From: Vicugna vicugna
Taxonomy: Eukaryota
Reading direction: 5' to 3'
NCBI GenBank assembly: GCA_013265495.1
Contig: MU058010.1
Span: forward strand, 223,145-287,144
DNA length: 64,000 nt
In this document: positions 54,552-64,000 of the stretch, in pieces
Layout of the letters: each line of letters begins with the position of its first letter
Position numbering within the stretch: the first letter of the stretch is position 1
Made by a program: the position numbers and the translations under genes
The notes under the pieces: model-generated
Databases searched by the model: none
What the model saw: only the letters and a program-made list of their open reading frames with translations
Told to the model about the DNA's origin: nothing

Positions 54552-56844
54552 AGAAAAAACTGCCATGTTTTACTGTCTTCAGTTCTGTTAAGACTTCACA
54601 AGGTTATAAAAGAACACTGTTTACATATCTCTCAGAAATTTAATCACAATTTTCGTATATTGAACATTTGGTATCATCAAAATAATGCTAATGACCTGTG
54701 TATTTTTTTTTTTTTACCGGATTAGAAGCATCTGTTGGCTAATTTTTACAGGCTGTTGGAAAAAGGATTAAAGTATACTAACAGGTTATTGGTGTTAGGT
54801 TTATCAACTAAAATTAATATTAATTACTCTCATTATTCACAAACTGTTAAGAGAGATTAAAGGGCTTTCTGAAAATATATGAATAGTCTAATTTGCTTAG
54901 ACTGATTTGTTATGACAGTGTGATCGCACAATTGTTAGCTCTCTGAAGTAATCACATTTTGTAACAGGTGCATCGTATTTGCTGGATTGGGCCAATAAAC
55001 TGGTTTATAAATAATTTCTCAACTGAACAGTTATGGCATATGGAAACAGTTAATGGATTATGTACTCAAAAACAAATTAAGCTTAGATTTCTGACATCAT
55101 AGTTCAGTGGACAAAGTATTGAGTCAGTGATAAACCATGGATTATCCCATGGGCTTGGCTGTATTCAGCATGTTGCTTTGTATTTGAAATATAATTTATT
55201 CCTCTGTATGAGTAAAAGTCTATAAAAAAACCTTAGACTACCTCACAAGCCTCCATTAAGGTGAACAATATACTTTATAACAGAAAAATATGTTCCTTAG
55301 GACCATGTTAATAAAGAGATGATGCCAAAATGAATATAACATATCTTCAACATCCTAAAGATTTCTGAAAAGACGTTTGACAAATGCTAATTCAGAAAGA
55401 CTGAGGAGAAAGTCAGTGGAGGATCAAGTATCTCTAGGGGTTTATCATTTCGTTCTTATCTGTGGCTGAATCTCAAAAGCACTGAAGACTTAAGGAAATT
55501 ATGAGATAGATCAGGAATATCTTGCTTGTTCCCCATTAGAGAGTATCTCAGTGTTACCAATTATATTGTATTCTGTGTTGGGTTGCAAAACAAACAAATT
55601 TATTCTGGCAGCTTTAGAGAAATAGAACCTAAAGAGAGTGGCTAAAGAAAGGGGTTATTTGGTTTGGAGCCACAGTCAACTTTCAAATGCACAAAATGCT
55701 CCAGTTACATGCTTAGTCATACAGCACGTCTTTGGCATGGTGTGATAGAAGTTTTTAAAAGTCCCTGTAAATAGGCATGTTTCTTATACGCTGTATGGAT
55801 GCTATGAGCAGAAAAGGAGGAGCCTTGGCCTTGTGTGTATTGTGTTGGGGTTTGCATGTCCATAAACATGGTTGTTTTCCTTCCCTTTTTCCTCTCTTCT
55901 CTTTTCCTTCTGCCATTGGAAAAAGGAATGGTATTAGGGACTGAATTCAGTAGAGTCATTTGACTAGTGGTGGATCAGGGGACGCTGTCTCCCTTCCTTA
56001 TTACAGGCAGTTTATTTTGGTATTTTAGTTCTGGTGGCAGTTTCCAGTGGTGCACCTGTGGCTCTCAAACCTTAACAGCATTGTACAGTCATTCCATTAC
56101 ATTGTCATGTCTTAGAATTTCTTCGAGGACTTCTCTTCCATTTCCTGTATCTTCTGTCTTATTCCCCATTTCCCCAGGCATCTCTTAATCACCCTCTGAT
56201 CGGTCAAAGTACACTTTCCGATTTCAGGCAGTAATCTTTGCCTTGTCTGCAGTATGTCTACTATCTGCTCTATCACTCAGGACTCCCACCTGTAATTAGT
56301 GCACAGTGTCATTCACCTGAAAATATAAATGAGGCTCATCCTTCTGAATGTGCTATTTTAATCTTAAAATAATATTTTGTAAATCTGGCTGTTCACTTCC
56401 CCTTTTTCCTCCCTACCTCCCCTCTCCCCTACATGCCCACCTCCACACATACCACTTGCCAGGCTTGGAAGAGAAAGAATCACACGGAGTCAGCCTTGTA
56501 AGTGGATCCATCCCTGGAGCACAGGAAGGGCTTGGGGTCATGGTAGCAGAGTCATAAGGAGATAGGGGCTTCTTGCCGGATTCCTTGCTATAGCAATTTG
56601 ATATTAAATAAACAGTGTAATAGATTGTCTTGTAACAGAAAAAAAGCATTCCATATGAAAATAACTTCTTTGTAATTTTATAACCTTGAATTTCATAAGT
56701 TAGATTTAGTGGTTAGTATATAGGGATGTATCTAGCTAAGCAGCATAAGTTTTTTTGGTCCTTCAAGGCTAAGTAATTTGGACATATGCTTCCATACCTT
56801 CAGCATGTTCTTTGTGTTTAACACAAGCTTTCATGGATGGCACG

Positions 56845-57608
56845 TGTCAACACAATCAATGAACAATCAGTGATAAGAACAGGGAAGAGTTTTATCTGAG
56901 CCAAACTGAGGGCCAGCTGGAAGCCCGCTTCCCAGATTACTCTGAGGTGCTGCTCGGGAGAAGCAGGGTTTTCAGGATAGTTTTATATCCTGTCAGAACA
57001 AAGAAACATTAACAGGTCAGGGACACATTTCTTTGTTTTTTAAAAAAAAGAACAGACCAAAATTGTGAATAGAAGATACAACTCATGAATCTGCAGGGAC
57101 ATTGGAGTACAACCTCCTGTGCTTGCAGGCATATATCTACATAGAAAAAGTGATGAAATGATAACAGTATTCTCTCTGGGTGATGTTATGCTGTGATTTT
57201 TTAAAAAGGTTTTCATTTTGCTTATTTGTACGACTTGTGTAATTCATAATGAAGTTGTAGAACTTGAATAATAAATATTTTAAAAATTAAATTAAAGAAA
57301 AAACCCAAACAAAAAAACAGACCAGCGTGTACATGGTGAGTCAGTATGGCCTTGGCACCTGGGAAGGGAGTCTTATCATCCAGGGAGGACCAGCATTGGC
57401 GTCCCAGGGAAAAGAGGGGCATTTAATCCTTGTTCTTAACATGGACATTATTTACTTCTGGTCATTGTGCCCTTTAAGAAAAGCAGATGTACAATGTATG
57501 TTTGATAGGCCACAAATAGGTGTTTTAGTTGGCATAAAATTCAAGCTAACCCATGTATAAGCCAGACTGACTGCCCTATATCTCAGTATGTGAACATTTC
57601 TTTTATCA
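56845..57608 (-). mobile_element. ERV solo LTR carrying an internal retroposed insert
   Basis: TG...CA termini; flanks CACG/TATG (decayed 4-bp TSD); CAGATTACTCTGAGG..CTGCTC.GGAGAAGCAGGG resembles the LTR at 28999. Confidence 0.7.
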
Positions 57609-58914
57609 TATGGCATCTGAGAAGAACTCTAGGTTAGAGGGGGACTGGGCAGGAAGAACCTGGGACTGTGATGCAAATTTGACAAATTCTCAGGCAGCTC
57701 AGCTGGGAGGCAGTGCTGGAGCCCAGAGTGCCTCCTGCCAGAGCAGTCCCAGGGTGGGCCCTGTCAGCTAGGCCTAGTACTCCTGAGTGCTCAGTCATCG
57801 GCTGGGGCCCTGAGGAGCAGCGTGGCCTGGGCTCAGAAATTAAGGAGGATCCTGAGGGCACTAAAGAGTTGAAGCCTGTCAGCTGAGTGTGTTCCTTTAT
57901 CACTGAGTGGAAAGTTTTTTCCTGAAGGGAGATCTGAGCAGTTTATCTCTGTGGTTGCCACACATACATGTTACTAGTCCATAAACTGGTGTTCAGTGCA
58001 TTTTAATAACTGCATTCGAGTTATCATTTGCTTCCTTTGAAATCTTATGTATTTTATTTTATGACTTTAAAAATTATTCTCAGAAGGGCTTCATTTCTCT
58101 GATGATGGGGTCCATTCAAAAAAGTTTACAGACCCTGCCGCAGCCTTTCTGGTTGGTGCAGACGTGGGAGTGAGGTGGACGTAGGGACCTGGTCTCAACC
58201 TCTGCCTATTCAAATATATGTGGGTTTTTGTTTTAGTTTGGTTTGGTTTGGTTGTTTTGTTATTCAAGGGGCTAATATGTTACTTGTAATGAGATATTTC
58301 ATCCAACAAAGAATGATTTTTACGGTGGTTTCAACATCTGGCCATCCATTTTTAATCCACTTTAACAGACTATAATGCAGTTGTTAATAAAAATATATAT
58401 CAAATACAGAAAAAATACAAACTCATTCCCTGATCAGACAATAATAGAACAGAATTAATAGTGTATGTCTTTTTCTTTGCCATTATGTTTAATTTATTTA
58501 TATTATTTTATTTGCTCCCCAAAACAATTCTATGAAAGACCCTGGGCAAATGTTGTTTACATTTTCTGTGTAAGAAAAAGTTGCACTCCTCAAGTGAAGT
58601 TCAGCTCAAAGGAGTCACCACTCTGAGTGGAATACAGATCTGAGTTTTAAGCCATTGCTCCTTCTGCTCTGCCATGCTGCTGCTCTGATTAAAAGAAATC
58701 CTATTATGTTTTATTTAAAGTGCTCTTCTTTGATTTAAAATAATTTTCCTCTCATCTCCTGCCACCTTACCACTGCCCCACAGCAGTTCATCCTCATCCT
58801 ACAATTTATGTTAAAGGCTCTAAAAACTTGCCGTTTTTTATTAAGACCATCTTTTATCATTTGGCACCTCTATTCACTTCTGTAAGTATTTGAGCTGTAA
58901 ATACTAACATCACG

Positions 58915-59112
58915 CTGTGGAGTGTACGGAAATGAGGGGCTGTGGTGCCACTTCCAAGTGTGCGACCCCGGCCAGTACCTCTGTCTTCTTTCCTCTCTAA
59001 AACGGAGAGATAAGATCCAGCTCACAACGTTATTGTGAGGATTATACAGTGAATATTTTAAGCATATTTTGCAGTGCCCAGTTCCTTGCAGTTGCTCAGG
59101 AAATATTAGCTG
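58915..59112 (+). mobile_element. MIR SINE
   Basis: GTGTGCGACCCCGGCCAG...TTCCTCTCTAAAACGGAGAGATAA...TTGTGAGGATTA. Confidence 0.6.
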
Positions 59113-60444
59113 AACTTAAGTTTTGAGAATGCAGACTTACTGCCACTTGTAACGTTTTGTGTGTCATTTCTGAATCTTCCACAACGGTAACAAGTCAGAT
59201 GACCTCCTTCCCGCTTGGCCCCACTTACAAATGAAGCTTTCTAAACCATGAAGCCTATGTTAATCGACCAGGTTACTAGCCACTTATGAAGACTTCTGGA
59301 GCACCAGTCTGTACTCTTTAACTTTAGAAAATAATAATGGATTATTCTGTACATCTTGTTTCTTTTATTTTTGTCTTTGTCTTAACTGGCAAATGCTCTA
59401 TTAAGTTCCTGTAGACAGGGATCTGTTGTCAGGAATAAATGTAAAGACCTGTTTGGGTCGCCCTCCCTTTTTTTTTTTTTTAAGTTTTTTAATTATTTTT
59501 TTTCTTCCAGTTTATGAGTCATTAATGGAGCTGGTACCAAACAATGTGCAATTTTGTGAACTTTAAAAACTGAAAAAATTAACTTTGTTTTTTTGGTATG
59601 ATTCATTGAGCTGAGGCCTTGAGAGTGATCTTGGAAGCACATTCAGTTCTTTATAAAATCTTACTGGATCTTGTTAATAATTTATTTTTTTCTGGCAGTT
59701 GTTTACATTTTCGATGAATAGCGAGGATGGTATGGATGGCTTAATGTCATTATGGAGCTGGGGTGCATTAAGGAGACCTAAATTATCCCCAGGGTTTGCA
59801 GGAAGGACGATAACTTAATTTTCTTAGTTTCATCGAGTGTTGGCAGAAGGTTTAGAGGAGTGATAATTTTTCAAGAATGGGCTACTCCTTTTTTTCTTAT
59901 CGAGCTCTGTGGTGTAAGCTAAAGAAATTATTTAGGTGACTTATATACACTTGTATAATATGTTATGGTTTTGCCTAATTCTTATTTCCTAAGCTAGTGA
60001 CAAATTAAGAAAATACACAAAGAGATGTCTTTATAACTTAGTTGAAAATGAGTATTAGTATTTCTGCTTCTCTGATAGCCTGTCAAGTAATAGATAAAGG
60101 AGGCAAAACTCTTGAAGTGAAAAATGTTTGTCTCAGAATGACTTATAGCCTCCAACTCTTAAGATTGGAAGATGAACTTGGAAATTTATATGCTGCATTA
60201 GTATGTACAGATCAGTCTTTTCTGAAGAATCTGTAAGTTTGCCTACAGGAAACAGTTCCCAGTTAAAAGTGATTTTAAAAAGGAGACTGGTGGTTGGTGG
60301 TCCCAGTGTTGGTAAATTCAGTATCCAGATGATGTCAGGACTCTAGATAGCTCCTCACCCTTTTTCCTGCTTTTCCTGCCAGTTTTAGCGTAGCTTAGCT
60401 GGCAGAGGTGGGAGGTTGTCATAATGCTCACCGATGGGACTTTG

Positions 60445-61400
60445 CATTAATTTTAATTGCTGCTGTAACAAATTACTTCAAATCTAGCAGCTTAAATAAT
60501 GCAAATTTATCATCTTACAGTTCTGTAGGTGTGAAGTCCAATATGGGTCTCATGGGGCAAAAATCAAGGTGTCTACAAGGGCTACATTCTGGAGGGTCTT
60601 GGGGAGAATGTGTTCCTTGCCTATTCCAGCTTCCAGAGGCTGCGCACATTCCTCAGTTTGTTAACAAATTCAAGTTCATGTGCCCGATGCACAGCGAGGC
60701 CAGAAAATACTGAAATGTTGGCGTTTGGAGCAGAGAAAGTTTTATTGCTGGGACAAGCAAGGAGAACGGGTGGCTCACACCCAAAGAACCCTAAACTCCC
60801 TGAAGGGTTCAGCTGAGCATTTTCAAAGGCCAGCTGAGGAAGAGGTGGCCCAAAGTATGCGATCAGCTGTGCACAATTCTCCGATTTGTTGAAGGTGAGC
60901 AATCCTTGGGCGCCAGAAGGTCTGGGGGCTGTGTGCTCACGATCATCAAGTAGTTAATTTCTTCCTTTTGGTGGTGGTTTTCAGCAGCTGAGAAACTCAG
61001 GAAGTATACATGAGATACTATTATCTGGGTGCTTCAGAGAGGAGCTGCAGCAGAAGATACGGGGAAGGGAGTGTCTTGGGAAGGCCCCACCGGGTCCTTC
61101 TCTGCTGCAAGTTTGTGGCCTCCTTCCTTGAATCTTCAGAGCCAGCAGCAGTGAGCTGAGTCTCCCTCATCTGATTTCTCTGAGTACATGTTTCTCAGAC
61201 TCTAACCTAAGCCAGGAAAGGTTCTTTTAAAGACTTATGTGATTAAACTGGGCTGATCTGGATAGTCCAGGAGATTCTCCTAATCTTAGGGCCTTTAACC
61301 TTAATCTGCAAAGTTCTCTTTTCCATGTAAGGTAACATATTTACAGGTTCCAAGGATTGGGACCTGGACATGTTTGTTAGAGGAGGACGGGATAGGACTA
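60445..61400 (-). mobile_element. MaLR LTR (MLT1-type), split by the ERV LTR at 60659-61109
   Basis: ATTGCTGCTGTAACAAATTAC...CTTACAGTTCTGTAGG...CCAGCTTCCAGAGGC...ACAGGTTCCAAGGATTGGGACCTGGACAT. Confidence 0.82.
60659..61109 (-). mobile_element. ERV solo LTR (451 bp, 4-bp TSD)
   Basis: TG...CA termini, TSD AGTT (60655-58, 61110-13), TTTATT at 60741-46. Confidence 0.85.
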
Positions 61401-61894
61401 CTGGAGACCATGAACTTGCAGCATTTCACAAAGGGCTTGGCCCTGTTGATTCCACTCACTAAAATTACATCAGTCTCCTTTAGTTCTGAATGCTGCTTTA
61501 GGGTCCTGGGGCATTTGCCCTTAACTTTTAAAATCATTTATTCTGTTCACTAAATGTTTACTGAACTTTGGATCCTTACTAATCACATTAACAGAGGTTT
61601 CTGTTAACACAGCTAAGTGCCTTTCTGGAGTTTTAGGAAAAATCCCTATCTCATGTCTTCCTAAATGCCAGGAATGATTTTTTCCCCCCCTTCTTTATTT
61701 AATTAACATGCAACAGGTGGCACAGCCTACTATGTATTTTCAATTTGTAATATACACTATTAATTTCATTTTTTCTAAGTCATTATTAAATTCTGTGTAT
61801 ATATTTATGCTTAAATCTTTTTTTTCCAAGCCAGAAATACCTCCAAAAACCTAGGGTAAAGAACCACTGCTTTTAAAAACTAATTGATTCTAAT

Positions 61895-62136
61895 TGCTCT
61901 CTCTCTTGCCTTCTGAGACAGCCAGCACTCTGTCTGTGGAGTGTGTATCTGCTTTTACTTTAAACTAACACCCCATACCTCTTGATCTCTCTCCCTCTCA
62001 CCTTTCTGAGATCCCCACATTCTGCCTACGGAGTGTGCATCCTGAGCCATTTTCCCTTCTGAGACAGACCGCACTCCGTCTATGGAGTGTGTATCACTCT
62101 ACATAAACTTGCTTTCACTTAAAAAACGAAAAAAAA
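61895..62136 (+). mobile_element. Poly(A)-tailed LTR-like fragment with three ~40-bp internal repeats
   Basis: CCTTCTGAGACAG..GCACTC.GTCT.TGGAGTGTGTATC-like units at 61909-49, 62002-41 and 62055-95, then CATAAACTTGCTTTCACTT plus an A tail. Confidence 0.6.
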
Positions 62137-63673
62137 TGGTTCTGCACTCTCACTTTTTACTATTTTAGGAAGAAAGAAAGACTGGTTCTAATTGAGAAAA
62201 ATAAATGTGTGTATCTTAGACATTATAAACTTTGAGGAGCTCACTTATTCTACGTTGCATGTTAAAAAACTTAATTTCCTCACCTTAAAGGTTAGTTCAA
62301 ATTTTAGAATACTTACTGTTACTCTTGTTTTATGACATATTTTTATCTGCATGATATTTATATAATGGGAACTTTGGGAAGAAGGACCTTTTCCTGGTCT
62401 AGATATTACTAATAAGCATCAACAAATAGATATGAATATGTAATTTCATTACAACCTGAAAAATACATGTTATTATAATTGCATATTTCACTGGATAATT
62501 TAAAATACAATCTACAAAAAGTTTATTTTAATTGGAAAAATTTTGCCACTGAGGGAAATCACATTTATCAAAAGATCTAATGCAAACACATTTCACACAA
62601 AATAAGCAATTTATTTTAATTTAATTGTTGGCTTCTAGTTACTTGCCAGTCTACTGTTCTGTCATCACATTGCCTTAGACTCGTTCCTCCTGAAGCAGAG
62701 CTCTTTTCCCTTCTTTAATCTTCTTTTCTTTTTCAATTAGAGAACCAATTATTTTTCAGGTTTTCACAGGTCACAGGGGGGCAGTTTGGCACTCTTGTTC
62801 CTGGTGGTGTGCGATTCAACCCAGAAGAGTTGAAATAGCCAATGGGATAATTGGCTTTGTTTTTAAATGTTAGTGTTTAGAATGTTTGTTTTTTTATTTT
62901 AAAATTATCCTTTTCCTCAATACTATTTTTAAATTTTGCTTCATTTAAAATCTTATCTGTCTGTATTAAAGTGAATAGGAGCTTTATAAGTTGACCAATG
63001 ATTTTTATTTCCATTATCTGCTTTGCCAGATTTAGCAATGTTTTCAATTCCCAAAGCAAGGAAAACAGGAATTTGTGTCAGCTTCAGTGTGGTAACAGTA
63101 CTTCTGTAATAGGATTTATTATTTGTATGTGTATATGTACATACGTGTATATAGCTGAACGAATATCACTCTTTAAACCAGGCAGTGCAAAAATGACTAA
63201 TCAGTAGATTCCTGTTTCTTTTCTTTCTTTCTGTTTTGTTTTTTTTTTTTTTGTAACATCTTTTTTTCTCAACAAGATTGTTGCGTGTAGAGAAGGCACA
63301 TGAGATGATGGTCCCATGCCTGCTTTTGTATCTCTGAGGTGTGTTTTTATCAAAAGAGCTATGTTCATCAGTGTGCTCTTGATGAATAAGCATAAACTAC
63401 AACCTCAATAAATCAAAATTTCTCATTGTTCTTGATTATACTAGGGTGTGAGAAGTCCAGAACGGCTGTTGGAAGCAAAAAGGAATGAGAGGGGGACTTC
63501 CATAGTAAAGGGGAAATGAGTGCTTGCTCAGCTCCTAACTGCCCAGTCCGTACATCATAAGAGTTAGGACTACGTCCTTTTTAGTATGAGTCTGAGGCTC
63601 AGAGAAGTTAAAAATCTAAACCTCAAGGTCGCCTCATTAGAAAGGAGTTGAAAGTCCTTCACTTCCTCCTGAC

Positions 63674-64000
63674 TTTACTGGTGCTGGTGGTGACTAGGTT
63701 CTTCTCCCGTCACAGAAAGACTTCAGAGATGAGATATGGAGGTAAAGAAAGTAAAGTGAGGATTTATTAAGGGATGGATAGTACACTCTCAAGGGGAGAG
63801 TGGGCAGGCTCAAGTGACTGGCTGTGCTGAGTTTCTTTGGCAAGTTGGTTACATAGAGTATAAAAACGCACGGGCAGAATATTCATTGGGGAGGGAAGGG
63901 TTTGAGGTCTTATTCCCTGATTTTCATCCCAACTCCACCTTCCCAATGGAAAGAGGGATTTTTGTCCTTATTTAGTCTGGATAGGAAGTGTCATGTTGTC
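63674..64000 (-). mobile_element. ERV LTR of the same family as 27375-28032, cut by the window end
   Basis: Colinear match, e.g. TTCAGAGATGAGAT.TGGAGGTAAAGAAAGTAAAGTGAGGATTTATTAA.GGATGGATA; left boundary approximate. Confidence 0.85.

Noticed and set aside
61909..62095. CRISPR-like repeat-spacer array
   Set aside because: Mammalian intron, only three diverged units, spacers of very unequal length, no cas genes
50285..64000. Next DIAPH3 FH2 exon (expected ...KELKFLD.K.AQNLS)
   Set aside because: No matching sequence found by eye; the intron appears to run past the window end

Overview
Eukaryotic (mammalian) genomic DNA: AT-rich, CpG-depleted and rich in interspersed repeats. The window is an internal segment of the diaphanous-related formin gene DIAPH3 (mDia2 orthologue) on the + strand. 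I traced 12 consecutive coding exons from 8829 to 50284 (1460 nt spliced, phases consistent, no stops). They encode the end of the GTPase-binding/DID (FH3) region, the coiled coil, the whole poly-proline FH1 and the start of FH2; the start and stop codons lie outside the window. A tRNA-derived SINE resembling camelid vic-1 (5 copies) suggests a camel, alpaca or llama host. The main features are a minor-spliceosome (U12) AT-AC intron at 32434-33256, a 31-C homopolymer inside the FH1 exon, two twin-primed (5'-inverted) L1 insertions with target-site duplications, and two poly(A)-tailed retroposed fragments. Five ERV-type LTRs all lie antisense to the gene. Most entries in the ORF track are spurious. 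I found no convincing previously undescribed biological system. Repeat family names and human DIAPH3 comparisons are from memory and need RepeatMasker/BLAST confirmation.
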